NCBI RefSeq assembly: GCF_053078305.1
Contig: NZ_CP166879.1
Strand: one strand, 5' to 3'
DNA: 64,000 bases
The number at the start of each line of letters is the position of its first letter. The first letter of the stretch is position 1. Made by a program: the position numbers and the translations under genes. Below the pieces are notes generated by a model. It ran no database searches. It was given only the letters and a program-made list of their open reading frames with translations, and was not told the DNA's origin. This document shows, piece after piece, positions 23,040-34,403 of the stretch.

Positions 23040-23355
23040 ACCCCGGCATTGCTTCTCAGCTGTTTATAGCCGTTCCTGGGTACAAGTGAGCACTAAGGCG
23101 AGCATTGTTATAATCACCAACCAATCACTAGTTGTGTACAAATTCTGACCGCAAAGCGAACTCTCCGGCATGCAGGTTGGAGAAAGCACAGTTGACCTAA
23201 AATGCTCCTCCAGCCAGAAACAAAAGGTGGCCGATAATTCGAAAGCAAAAAAAGATAAAGCAGGGAATGTGCCCGCAAATTCTTAATCATATAGCCAAAC
23301 CGAGCAGCGTATGATATCCAGCCCTGATACGGGCTGGATATTAAATTTTCGCCGG

Positions 23356-23823
23356 TCAGTTATCGCAATGACCTGGCACTGCTAACTTAACTTCAGGTTT
23401 AGAAACGACGCGGATACCTTCGCTTTCGGATACCTGTTCAAGTCCAGCCCCACCAACAAAAACGCCCATTTTGATGTACTGGCGAACAAAGTAGTTTTTC
23501 CCGGACGTGACATTGAGTGTCAGATTATTAGGTGAAAACTCGGATTCAGTTCCCAGCGTATGTGGTTGGCTGGTCGATATTTGCTGATAGAAAAAGACTC
23601 TGTCAGCCGTTTCACCAAGACAACGGCCGTCAAGATAAACATCCTTTTTTAACGCTTTACCAACAAAGCTGTCTCTGTAAACGTATAGACCGGCTTTGCC
23701 ATTTTCCGGGACCGGGAAAGACTTAGCTGTCTCGTTTTCAGCATTACTGCCCAGAGGAACCGACGCACACCCCCCCAGAAGCACTGAGGAAATAATGACT
23801 GCGCCAAATAAAATTTTATTCAT
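23356..23823 (-). CDS. Lipoprotein (DUF2846-like)
   Basis: 155-aa ORF with lipobox (MNKILFGAVIISSVLLGGC-ASVP). Confidence 0.8.
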   Translation of the reverse strand: MNKILFGAVIISSVLLGGCASVPLGSNAENETAKSFPVPENGKAGLYVYRDSFVGKALKKDVYLDGRCLGETADRVFFYQQISTSQPHTLGTESEFSPNNLTLNVTSGKNYFVRQYIKMGVFVGGAGLEQVSESEGIRVVSKPEVKLAVPGHCDN

Positions 23824-23949
23824 TGAATTCTCATGGAGTTAAGAAAATCGCCAAATGAGAATAAACTTATTTTACACTTATGTCATTAAAGGAGGCATTG
23901 CTTCACAACAACATCAATGTTCATCCCGGAACCGTCCACTTCCGCTTCT

Positions 23950-24128
23950 CGCTCAAAACGGACTGTCATATTTGATTGCATTCTGGCTACGCAACCGGTC
24001 GGTTGGAGTATGAAGTTGCTCACGAATAGCCTTAGCATCCGCAATTTCGTAGCGGGTCACCCGTACAGGTTCTTTCTAATCTCGACAGCCTCTTCCAGAG
24101 AGGTTTTCAACTCATCAAAAAAACTCAT
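23950..24128 (-). pseudogene. Remnant of a small XRE-family antitoxin-like gene (N-terminal fragment, frameshifted)
   Basis: Minus-strand ATG at 24128 gives MSFFDELKTSLEEAVEIRKNLYG then a stop; a shifted frame continues RVTRYEIADAKAIREQL...; resembles the N-terminal region of COG2944-type HTH antitoxins; it sits 33 bp from the nadR stop. Confidence 0.4.
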
Positions 24129-24161
24129 TTTATACCTCGCCTTTGAGCAGTTTCATCACGG

Positions 24162-25394
24162 TTATCTCTGCTCCCCCATCATCTCCCGCACCAGCTCCAC
24201 GCAGCGCAGGAAACGGCTGTCGTAATCTTCCTCTTCAACCCGCACAAATTCGATATTGTTCTCTTCCAGCATCTCCACCAGCAGATTCTGGAACTCTTTA
24301 CGATCCACCGAACTGCCGAGGCTGCGTAAACCATCCGCCACCCACGGCGTGTTGTTCTCCAGCAGGATCACCAGATCGAAACGGTATTCATCAATCAGCG
24401 CCTGCACGAACGGATGTTCCCGCCCTTCGTACTTTTTGCAGAACGCCTGAGTGGTGACAAAATCGGTATCGATAAATGCCACTTTATTGGCATATTTCAC
24501 CGCAAAATCAATGTATTGAGCGTGGCCCAGCGCGATTTTATCGTAGTCAGAATACTGCAATGCGATCTCATCACCGCCGAGGTGTGAAAAGACATAATCG
24601 CGGCCATATTCCCACGCACTGGTGGTGTTGAAGATATTGGCAAGTTTGTTTACCAGGGTGGATTTACCGCTCGACTCGCCGCCAAGGATCGCCACGGTAC
24701 GCACAAAAAACGGCTTCACTTCGGTAGGAATATATTCCCAGTAGCGGAACGGGTTTTCGCGGATCTGCGCACCGCTGATACTCATAAAGGTACGTTTCGG
24801 ATCGACCAGCACCGTCTCGATCCCCAGATGTTCCATATACTGTGGCGCATCGGCTTCTTCCGAGGTGTAGATCAGATCCGGCTGGATCCCTTTTTCAGCC
24901 ATAAACTTTTTGATACCGTTGCTCCACACATCCCAGCCGTGCGGATACGGCTCCATGCCCTCTTCGTTGAAAGCATGAATGCGAATATTTTTCTGATATT
25001 TAAAAGTTTGCAATAACCAGCGCAGACGATCCGGCACGGTCGGCTGCTGCGACATGGCACTGTCTTCGAACAACGCGCGGTCACGGGTATCGTCAAAACC
25101 CATAATGATATGCAGCTCGTCAACCTGGCTACAGGCGCGCTGGATAAGGTAGATATGTCCGGTATGCAGTGGGTAGAACTTACCGAATACGACACCGATC
25201 GTTTTCTTCTGCCGGGGAAACTCAAGCCCCAAAAAACGGTGCAACGCCTCCAGCTTTTGCGCGCTGGGGCTTTTAATTTTGGCATTCAGTAACTGGCTTA
25301 AATACCCTTTGGTCATACCGCTGGCATCAGCTACCTGCTGTAGCGTGCAGCCCTGTTGCTTGATGGCAGTTTTCAGGTAATCAAATGACGACAT
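24162..25394 (-). CDS. nadR: Trifunctional NAD biosynthesis regulator NadR (NMN adenylyltransferase / ribosylnicotinamide kinase / repressor)
   Basis: ORF 24162..25415; start placed at MSSFDYLKTAIKQQGCTLQQVADASGMTKGYLSQLLN (410 aa). Confidence 0.96.
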   Translation of the reverse strand: MSSFDYLKTAIKQQGCTLQQVADASGMTKGYLSQLLNAKIKSPSAQKLEALHRFLGLEFPRQKKTIGVVFGKFYPLHTGHIYLIQRACSQVDELHIIMGFDDTRDRALFEDSAMSQQPTVPDRLRWLLQTFKYQKNIRIHAFNEEGMEPYPHGWDVWSNGIKKFMAEKGIQPDLIYTSEEADAPQYMEHLGIETVLVDPKRTFMSISGAQIRENPFRYWEYIPTEVKPFFVRTVAILGGESSGKSTLVNKLANIFNTTSAWEYGRDYVFSHLGGDEIALQYSDYDKIALGHAQYIDFAVKYANKVAFIDTDFVTTQAFCKKYEGREHPFVQALIDEYRFDLVILLENNTPWVADGLRSLGSSVDRKEFQNLLVEMLEENNIEFVRVEEEDYDSRFLRCVELVREMMGEQR

Positions 25395-25414
25395 ATCTCC
25401 CTCCGTATTTCTCA

Positions 25415-26797
25415 TTATAAGTCGTCGAACACGCTAAGCGCGTCGGAGAGTTTTTTAACGCCAAAAATCTGCATCCCTTCCGGCGCTTTTTTCGGTACGT
25501 TAGCCGCCGGAACAATCGCCCGACGAAAACCGTGTTTCGCCGCTTCAGAGATTCGTTCCTGACCGCTGGGCACCGGGCGGATCTCCCCTGCCAGCCCGAC
25601 TTCACCAAACACCACCAGATCCTGCGGTAGCGGTCTGTCACGCAGGCTGGAAACCATCGCCAGCAGTAACGCTAAGTCGGCGCTGGTTTCGGTTACCTTC
25701 ACGCCGCCGACCACGTTCACAAACACATCCTGATCGGCCATTTGCAGACCACCGTGACGGTGCAAGACAGCCAGCAGGATTGCCAGACGGTTTTGTTCCA
25801 GCCCCACTGCCACGCGGCGCGGATTCGCCATCATCGAGTGATCGACCAGCGCCTGGATCTCCACCAGCAGTGGACGCGTTCCTTCCCATACCACCATCAC
25901 TGAACTACCAGAGGTCACTTCATCGCCACGGCTTAAAAAGATTGCCGAAGGATTGCTGACTTCACGCAGCCCCTGTTCGGTCATCGCGAAGACGCCCAGC
26001 TCATTCACCGCGCCGAAGCGGTTTTTATGGCTGCGCAAGGTGCGAAAACGGGAGTCGGCATCGCCATCCAAAAGCACCGAACAGTCGATACAGTGTTCCA
26101 GCACTTTCGGGCCAGCCAGCGAACCATCTTTGGTTACGTGCCCCACCATGACAATCGCCACACCGCGCGTTTTGGCGAAGCGTGTCAAATAAGCCGCCGT
26201 TTCACGCACCTGCGCCACGCTACCAGGCGATGACTGTACATCCGCCATATGCATCACCTGGATCGAGTCAATTACCATCAGCTTCGGTTGCTCTTCTTCG
26301 GCAATCAGGCAGATCTGCTCGATGCTGGTTTCCGACAACATATTGAGATTGTCAGTCGGCAGGCCAAGGCGATGAGCGCGCATTGCCACCTGTTGCAGCG
26401 ACTCTTCGCCGGTGACATACAGCGTTTTCATCTGCTGCGCCAGTTTGCACAGCGTTTGCAGCAACAGCGTGGATTTCCCCGCACCAGGGTTACCGCCAAT
26501 CAGAATGGCACTTCCTGGCACCACGCCGCCGCCTAGTACGCGGTCGAACTCTTTAAATCCGGTGGAAAAACGCGGCAGCTCTTCAAGGCTGATATCGGAG
26601 AGTTTCTGGACTTTTGCCACCCCGGCGCTACCGGCATAGCCGCTGAGACGCTCGTTACGCGCCACCGTTGGCGACGCAGCAAGACGCACCTCGGTGATGG
26701 TGTTCCAGGCATGACAGGCACTGCACTGCCCCTGCCAGCGCGGATAATCGGCCCCGCATTCATTACAAACAAAGGCGCGTTTTGGAGCTTTTGCCAC
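25415..26797 (-). CDS. radA: DNA repair protein RadA/Sms
   Basis: ORF 25415..26845; start placed at the in-frame GTG giving (M)AKAPKRAFVCNECGADYPRWQGQC (zinc finger), with Walker A GNPGAGKST. Confidence 0.95.
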   Translation of the reverse strand: MAKAPKRAFVCNECGADYPRWQGQCSACHAWNTITEVRLAASPTVARNERLSGYAGSAGVAKVQKLSDISLEELPRFSTGFKEFDRVLGGGVVPGSAILIGGNPGAGKSTLLLQTLCKLAQQMKTLYVTGEESLQQVAMRAHRLGLPTDNLNMLSETSIEQICLIAEEEQPKLMVIDSIQVMHMADVQSSPGSVAQVRETAAYLTRFAKTRGVAIVMVGHVTKDGSLAGPKVLEHCIDCSVLLDGDADSRFRTLRSHKNRFGAVNELGVFAMTEQGLREVSNPSAIFLSRGDEVTSGSSVMVVWEGTRPLLVEIQALVDHSMMANPRRVAVGLEQNRLAILLAVLHRHGGLQMADQDVFVNVVGGVKVTETSADLALLLAMVSSLRDRPLPQDLVVFGEVGLAGEIRPVPSGQERISEAAKHGFRRAIVPAANVPKKAPEGMQIFGVKKLSDALSVFDDL

Positions 26798-26845
26798 GGT
26801 GTACCTCGTTAATGCTGTGCCGCCCGCAGGATGGCGGGCGAGCAA

Positions 26846-27814
26846 TTACTTCTGATTCAGGCTGCCTGAGAGGATGCAGAATACCCCCATCAGGTCAGCG
26901 TGACGGATGGTGACTTCCGCCTTTTCATTCACTTTTGGCTTGGCATGGTAGGCAATCCCCAGCCCTGCCGCTTTGATCATCGGCAGGTCATTGGCTCCAT
27001 CGCCAATCGCCACGGTCTGCGCCAGCGGGATTTCATACTCCTGCGCGAGGCGAGTCAGAGTTTTCGCTTTGTACTGCGCGTCTACGATGTCGCCGATCAC
27101 ATTGCCGGTAAATTTACCGTCCATGATCTCCAGTTCATTGGCTACCACGGCTGTCAGGCGCAGCTTCTCGCGCAGGTATTCAGCAAAGAAAGTAAAGCCG
27201 CCGGAGGCAATCGCCACTTTCCAGCCCAGCGTTTCCAGCTTGAGCACCAGTTGCGTTAAGCCTGGCATCAGCGGCAGATTTTCACGCACCTGTTGCAGAA
27301 TATTGGCGTCAGCGCCTTTCAGCGTCGCCACGCGGCTGCGCAGGCTGGCGGTAAAATCGAGTTCGCCGCGCATCGCCCGTTCGGTTACTTCCGCCACCAT
27401 CTCGCCCGTTCCGGCCAGTTTGGCAATTTCATCAATACATTCAATCTGGATGGCGGTGGAATCCATGTCCATCACCAGCAAACCCGGCGTGCGCAGGTGC
27501 GGGATTTTCCCCAGCGGGGCGACATCCAGCTGCGCTTCGTGGGCCAGGCGTGTAGCCCGTGCGGTGAGTGAACCTGCCAGACGAATCACCTGATAATCTT
27601 CCACGCACCAGGCGGCAACAATCACCATCGCCGCACCCAGTTTGCTCTGGTATTGGGTCAGACGTTGTTTATCCAGCCCACGACCATACAGCAGCCAGCC
27701 GCTACGACCTGCGTGGTAATCCAGTGGCATCACTTCATCACCACTTAATGAAAGAGGCAGACCCGGCCATAAAGAGACATCTTCAGGCAGGTCGCACCAG
27801 GTAATGTTAGGCAT
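26846..27814 (-). CDS. serB: Phosphoserine phosphatase
   Basis: ORF 26846..27901; start placed at MPNITWCDLPEDVSLWPGLPLSL (322 aa); HAD motif DMDST. Confidence 0.96.
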   Translation of the reverse strand: MPNITWCDLPEDVSLWPGLPLSLSGDEVMPLDYHAGRSGWLLYGRGLDKQRLTQYQSKLGAAMVIVAAWCVEDYQVIRLAGSLTARATRLAHEAQLDVAPLGKIPHLRTPGLLVMDMDSTAIQIECIDEIAKLAGTGEMVAEVTERAMRGELDFTASLRSRVATLKGADANILQQVRENLPLMPGLTQLVLKLETLGWKVAIASGGFTFFAEYLREKLRLTAVVANELEIMDGKFTGNVIGDIVDAQYKAKTLTRLAQEYEIPLAQTVAIGDGANDLPMIKAAGLGIAYHAKPKVNEKAEVTIRHADLMGVFCILSGSLNQK

Positions 27815-27919
27815 TAAGGCTCCTGTAAAATCGTTCGAAGCAGGGAAAATAACGCATGAGGCTACCTTGTATCCATTGCTTCTGGCAACATTAAGTCTCA
27901 AATTTTCAAAGGGTGGAAG

Positions 27920-28564
27920 ATGGCTCGCACAAAACTGAAATTCCGGCTACATCGGGCAGTGATTGTCCTGTTCTGTCTTGCCTTGTTAGTGGCACTGATG
28001 CAGGGGGCGTCATGGTTTAGTCAAAACCACCAGCGACAGCGTAATCCACAGCTGGAAGAACTGGCCCGCACCCTGGCGCGTCAGGTGACGCTGAACGTTG
28101 CACCGCTGATGCGTACCGACTCACCGGATGAAAAACGCATTCAGGCGATCCTCGATCAGTTAACGGATGAAAGCCGTATCCTCGACGCGGGTGTGTATGA
28201 CGAACAAGGCGATCTTATCGCACGTTCTGGCGAAAGCGTCGAAGTGCGCGATCGGCTGGCGCTCGACGGTAAAAAAGCAGGCGGCTATTTTAACCAGCAG
28301 ATTGTCGAGCCAATTGCGGGTAAAAACGGACCGCTCGGCTATCTGCGCCTGACGCTCGACACCCATACGCTCGCCACCGAAGCCCAACAGGTGGATAACA
28401 CCACTAACATTTTACGCCTGATGTTGCTGCTCTCACTGGCAATCGGCGTAGTGCTGACCCGCACGCTGCTACAGGGTAAACGCACCCGCTGGCAGCAATC
28501 GCCCTTCCTGTTAACCGCCAGCAAACCGGTGCCGGAAGAGGAAGAAAGCGAGAAAAAAGAGTGA
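27920..28564 (+). CDS. ytjB: Inner membrane protein YtjB (Smp)
   Basis: 214-aa ORF; divergent from serB as in K-12. Confidence 0.9.
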   Translation: MARTKLKFRLHRAVIVLFCLALLVALMQGASWFSQNHQRQRNPQLEELARTLARQVTLNVAPLMRTDSPDEKRIQAILDQLTDESRILDAGVYDEQGDLIARSGESVEVRDRLALDGKKAGGYFNQQIVEPIAGKNGPLGYLRLTLDTHTLATEAQQVDNTTNILRLMLLLSLAIGVVLTRTLLQGKRTRWQQSPFLLTASKPVPEEEESEKKE

Positions 28565-28591
28565 CCCATTACTACAAGAAAGGAAATCGTT

Positions 28592-29608
28592 ATGTCCACA
28601 TTACGCCTGCTCATCTCTGACTCTTACGACCCGTGGTTTAACCTGGCGGTGGAAGAGTGTATTTTTCGCCAAATGCCCGCCACGCAGCGCGTTCTGTTTC
28701 TCTGGCGCAATGCCGACACGGTAGTAATTGGTCGCGCGCAGAACCCGTGGAAAGAGTGTAATACCCGGCGGATGGAAGAAGATAACGTCCGCCTGGCGCG
28801 GCGCAGTAGCGGTGGCGGCGCGGTGTTCCACGATCTCGGCAATACCTGCTTTACCTTTATGGCTGGCAAGCCGGAGTACGATAAAACCATCTCCACGTCG
28901 ATTGTGCTCAATGCGCTGAACGCGCTTGGCGTCAGCGCCGAAGCGTCTGGACGTAACGATCTGGTGGTGAAAACCGCCGAAGGCGACCGCAAAGTCTCAG
29001 GCTCAGCCTATCGCGAAACCAAAGATCGCGGCTTCCACCACGGCACCTTGCTGCTCAATGCCGACCTCAGCCGCCTGGCAAACTATCTCAATCCGGATAA
29101 AAAGAAACTGGCGGCGAAAGGCATTACGTCGGTACGTTCCCGCGTGACCAACCTCACCGAGCTGTTGCCGGGGATCACCCATGAGCAGGTTTGCGAGGCC
29201 ATAACCGAGGCCTTTTTCGCCCATTATGGCGAGCGCGTGGAAGCGGAAATCATCTCCCCGGACAAAACGCCAGACTTGCCAAACTTCGCCGAAACCTTTG
29301 CCCGCCAGAGTAGCTGGGAGTGGAACTTCGGTCAGGCTCCGGCATTCTCGCATCTGCTGGATGAACGCTTTAGCTGGGGCGGCGTGGAACTGCATTTCGA
29401 CGTTGAAAAAGGCCATATCACCCGCGCCCAGGTGTTTACCGACAGCCTCAACCCCGCGCCGCTGGAAGCCCTCGCCGGGCGACTGCAAGGCTGCCTGTAC
29501 CGCGCGGATATGCTGCAACAAGAGTGCGAAGCGCTGTTGGTTGACTTCCCGGACCAGGAAAAAGAGCTACGGGAGTTGTCGGCATGGATGGCAGGGGCGG
29601 TACGGTAA
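28592..29608 (+). CDS. lplA: Lipoate-protein ligase A
   Basis: 338-aa ORF recognised as LplA ([57 protein letters not shown]...). Confidence 0.97.
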   Translation: MSTLRLLISDSYDPWFNLAVEECIFRQMPATQRVLFLWRNADTVVIGRAQNPWKECNTRRMEEDNVRLARRSSGGGAVFHDLGNTCFTFMAGKPEYDKTISTSIVLNALNALGVSAEASGRNDLVVKTAEGDRKVSGSAYRETKDRGFHHGTLLLNADLSRLANYLNPDKKKLAAKGITSVRSRVTNLTELLPGITHEQVCEAITEAFFAHYGERVEAEIISPDKTPDLPNFAETFARQSSWEWNFGQAPAFSHLLDERFSWGGVELHFDVEKGHITRAQVFTDSLNPAPLEALAGRLQGCLYRADMLQQECEALLVDFPDQEKELRELSAWMAGAVR

Positions 29609-29639
29609 CTCGCTGATTAAAATATCCAGGGAAGGAAAT

Positions 29640-29903
29640 ATGATCGATCTGGAAAACCAGGAACGGGAGATTATCAATTTAATGTTCAGCCAGCGTATTT
29701 CCTGGCTAGCCGCCGTGCGTATCAGGCATAAATTATCGCTTGCTGAAGTAAGTAAAATGTTAGGTATCTCCATTAATTCTCTAAAACAGATCGAAAAGAC
29801 GGAACGGCTTAGCTCAAACATCAAAAGCAAAATGGCAGAAATTTATGGTTGTCCACCAGAGTTGCTGATATGCCCTTCCTGGATGACGGCTGAACATAAA
29901 TGA
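29640..29903 (+). CDS. Small XRE-family helix-turn-helix protein (87 aa), low GC
   Basis: ATG at 29640 with RBS GGAAGGA 5-11 nt upstream; HTH-like segment LSLAEVSKMLGISINSLKQIEKTER; occupies the lplA-deoD gap. Confidence 0.6.
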   Translation: MIDLENQEREIINLMFSQRISWLAAVRIRHKLSLAEVSKMLGISINSLKQIEKTERLSSNIKSKMAEIYGCPPELLICPSWMTAEHK

Positions 29904-29998
29904 ATAGATTCGTGAATAGATACTTGAATGGATTTTATTATCTATCCATATGAAAAATAATAGTAAATCTATAAATCAGTTGCTATTGATGAATAGAT
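29901..29998. repeat. Iterated 9-mer TGAATAGAT (three exact direct copies, one variant TGAATGGAT, one inverted ATCTATCCA) in an AT-rich spacer
   Basis: Copies read directly at 29901-29909, 29913-29921, 29926-29934 (variant), 29940-29948 (inverted) and 29990-29998. Confidence 0.7.
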
Positions 29999-30000
29999 AC

Positions 30001-30030
30001 TAAAAAGCCGGAGCAGTCTCCCGCTCCGGC
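30001..30030 (-). terminator. Rho-independent terminator downstream of deoD
   Basis: Hairpin GCCGGAGC-N8-GCTCCGGC followed on the minus strand by TTTTTA. Confidence 0.8.
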
Positions 30031-30063
30031 TTAACACAACAATCGCCTTTCAGCGAAACGCAA

Positions 30064-30783
30064 TTACTCTTTATCGCCCAGCAGAACGGATTCCAGTGCG
30101 ATTTTAATCATGTCGTTGAAGGTGGTCTGACGTTCAGCGGCAGTGGTCTGCTCGTGAGTGCGGATGTGGTCAGACACGGTGCAGATGGTCAGGGCTTTCG
30201 CGCCAAATTCTGCAGCGACGCCGTAGATACCAGCCGCTTCCATTTCCACGCCGAGGATGCCGTATTTTTCCATCACGTCGAACATTTCGCCGTCTGGAGA
30301 GTAGAACAGGTCAGCGGAGAACAGGTTACCCACGCGAGCATCAACGCCCAGTGCTTTAGCTGCATCTACTGCGTTACGCACCATGTCAAAGTCAGCGATA
30401 GCGGCAAAGTCATGGTCTTTAAAACGGATGCGGTTAACTTTGGAATCGGTGCAGGCACCCATACCGATAACGACGTCGCGCAGTTTTACGTGCGGCAGAA
30501 CTGCGCCACAGGAACCCACGCGGATAATTTTCTTCACGCCGAAATCGGTGATCAGTTCTTTGGTGTAGATGGAGCAGGACGGGATACCCATACCGTGACC
30601 CATTACGGAAATTTTGCGGCCTTTGTAAGTACCGGTGAAGCCCAGCATACCGCGAACGTTGTTCACTTCACGGGCATCTTCAAGGAAAGTTTCAGCAATA
30701 TACTTCGCACGCAGCGGGTCGCCTGGCATCAAAACTACGTCAGCGAAATCGCCCATTTCTGCATTAATGTGTGGGGTAGCCAT
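30064..30783 (-). CDS. deoD: Purine nucleoside phosphorylase DeoD
   Basis: ORF 30064..30840; start placed at [33 protein letters not shown] (239 aa). Confidence 0.97.
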   Translation of the reverse strand: MATPHINAEMGDFADVVLMPGDPLRAKYIAETFLEDAREVNNVRGMLGFTGTYKGRKISVMGHGMGIPSCSIYTKELITDFGVKKIIRVGSCGAVLPHVKLRDVVIGMGACTDSKVNRIRFKDHDFAAIADFDMVRNAVDAAKALGVDARVGNLFSADLFYSPDGEMFDVMEKYGILGVEMEAAGIYGVAAEFGAKALTICTVSDHIRTHEQTTAAERQTTFNDMIKIALESVLLGDKE

Positions 30784-30839
30784 TGTTTTATCCTTTTTGT
30801 GACATAACAAAGGCGGAGTCAACGCTCCGCCCAAATCCA

Positions 30840-32084
<1,245 letters not shown>

Positions 32085-32114
32085 TCAAATTTAAATGATC
32101 AGATCAGTATACCG

Positions 32115-33437
32115 TTATTCGCTGATACGGCGATAGACAGTTGGTGTGCTTTCCGGTGCTTTATCGGCAAGTTTAATTGCCGCTTTCACCGCTTTCGCTG
32201 CTTCCTGCCAGCTGTTTTCGTCTTTCGCGTGGATAACCGCCAGCGGACGCTGACCGTCTACCTGGTCGCCCAGACGCGCCATATCAGTAAAGCCGACGCT
32301 GTAATCGATGGTGTCAGATGCCTGACGGCGACCGCCGCCCATTGCAACCACTGCCATCCCCAGCGCGCGGGTATCCATTTCACTGACAAAACCTTCGGTA
32401 TCAGCATAGACTGCTTTCGTCAGCATCGCTGTCGGCAGATACTTCGCGTAGTTCTCAACGAAGTCGGTCGGGCCTTTTTGTGCCGCTACCATACGACCAA
32501 AGACTTCTGCCGCTTTACCGTTGTCCAGCACCGCCTGCAGTTTAGCGCGCGCTTCGGCGTCATCTTGCGCCAGTTTGCCGGAAATCAGCATCTCCACACA
32601 CAGCGCCATCGTGACATCAAACAGACGCGGGTTACGATACTCACCCGTCAGGAACTGCACCGCTTCACGAACTTCAACCGCGTTACCTGCACTGGAGGCC
32701 AGTACCTGATTCATGTCGGTGAGCAGCGCGGTGGTGCGCACGCCAGCGCCGTTAGCCACGCCAACAATCGCTTCGGCAAGGGCTTCAGAGAGTTCGTAGG
32801 TCGGCATAAACGCGCCGCTACCCACTTTCACGTCCATCACCAGCGCATCCAGACCTTCCGCCAGTTTCTTCGCCAGAATAGAGGCGGTGATCAGCGGGAT
32901 GGAGTCCACGGTTGCGGTAATATCGCGGGTCGCGTAGAAACGTTTATCCGCCGGAGCCAGTGAGCTGGTCTGGCCGATAATTGCCACGCCGACGTCTTTA
33001 ATAATTTCGCGGAAACGGTTGTCATCCGGGAAAATGTCGAAGCCAGGGATGGATTCCAGTTTGTCGAGCGTACCGCCAGTATGACCGAGGCCACGACCGG
33101 AGATCATCGGAATATAGCCGCCGCAGGCTGCGACCATCGGCCCCAACATCAGCGAAGTCACATCGCCGACACCGCCGGTGGAGTGTTTATCAACAATCGG
33201 GCCATTCAGATGCAGGCTTTTCCAGTCGAGAACGGTTCCTGAATCTCGCATCGCCATGGTCAGCGAGACACGCTCAGGCATTGTCATATCGTGGAAGAAA
33301 ATGGTCATCGCGAGGGCGGCAATCTGCCCTTCGGAGATAGTGTTGTCGCGAATACCGTTGATAAAGAAACGAATTTCTTCATCGCTCAGCGCATGACCAT
33401 CACGTTTTTTACGAATAATTTCTTGTGCGAGAAACAA
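32115..33437 (-). CDS. deoA: Thymidine phosphorylase DeoA
   Basis: 440-aa ORF recognised as DeoA ([44 protein letters not shown]...). Confidence 0.97.
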
Positions 33438-33471
33438 GGTAACCTCCCGTGGAAAAGAGTATGAGGCGGCT

Positions 33472-33550
33472 TTTGCCGGATGCGTCTACGCCTTATCCGG
33501 CCTACGGGTAGATACGTCTCGTAGGCCTGATAAGCGCAGCGCATCAGGCG
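33472..33550. repeat. REP palindromic repeat pair
   Basis: GCCGGATGCG...CTTATCCGGCCTAC and TAGGCCTGATAAGCG...GCATCAGGCG units between deoC and deoA. Confidence 0.75.
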
Positions 33551-33563
33551 TAAAGCATCTTAC

Positions 33564-34343
33564 TTAGTAGCTGCTGGCGCTCTTACCGTCGCCGTGACCC
33601 AGCGCTTTCAGCAGGCTTGCCAGCAGGCTGGAAGCACCAAAGCGGTAGTGACGCGCATCAGCCCAGTCAGCACCGAACAGTTCATCTGCGATGGCGAGAT
33701 ATTTCTGCGCATCTTCCGCAGTACGCACGCCGCCCGCCGGTTTGAAACCAACGGTTTTTTCTACGCCCATATCACGGATCACTTCCATCATGATGCGCGC
33801 GCTTTCCGGCGTCGCGTTCACAGCCACTTTACCGGTAGAGGTTTTGATGAAGTCCGCACCCGCTTTGATGGAGATTTCAGACGCTTTACGGATCAGCGCT
33901 TCGTCTTTCAGTTCGCCGGTTTCGATGATCACTTTCAGCAGTACATTCGCTGCCGCGCAAGCCTCTTTACAGGCTTTCACAAGGTCAAAACCAACCTGCT
34001 CGTTACCCGCCATCAGCGCGCGGTACGGGAACACAACGTCAACTTCATCAGCACCGTAGGCGATTGCCGCACGGGTTTCTGCCAGCGCGATTTCGATGTC
34101 GTCGTTACCGTGTGGGAAGTTGGTTACCGTAGCAATACGGATTTCCGGGGTGCCCTGCTCTTTCAGTGTTTTGCGAGCAATCGGGATAAAGCGAGGATAG
34201 ATACAGATAGCGGCGGTATTGCCGACCGGGGTTTTGGCCTGATGACACAGAGCAATTACTTTCTCGTCGGTGTCGTCGTCATTCAGGGTGGTCAGGTCCA
34301 TCAATTTCAGTGCACGCAGGCTGCTTGCTTTCAGATCAGTCAT
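33564..34343 (-). CDS. deoC: Deoxyribose-phosphate aldolase DeoC
   Basis: ORF 33564..34367; start placed at [29 protein letters not shown] (259 aa). Confidence 0.97.
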
Positions 34344-34387
34344 TTCATTCTCCTGGCTTGTCGCCAATAAAATTCACCTTGCGAGTT

Positions 34388-34403
34388 TGTTAGTATTCTA
34401 ACA
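34388..34403. promoter_or_regulatory. DeoR operator, promoter-proximal (O2-like, at deoP2)
   Basis: Palindrome TGTTAGTATTCTAACA about 45 bp upstream of the deoC start; one position off the exact TGTTAGAATTCTAACA palindrome. Confidence 0.7.

Noticed and set aside
23318-23342. Perfect 9-bp-stem hairpin ATCCAGCCC-TGATAC-GGGCTGGAT in the island
   Set aside because: It could be a terminator or small RNA element, but no adjacent U-tract on the relevant strand and no ORF context supports a specific call.
29226-29639. Upstream extension of the HTH ORF frame (the 225-aa ORF 29226..29903)
   Set aside because: The extension overlaps the lplA 3' end in another frame and is GC-rich with no start context. 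The real start is taken as ATG 29640, which has an RBS.
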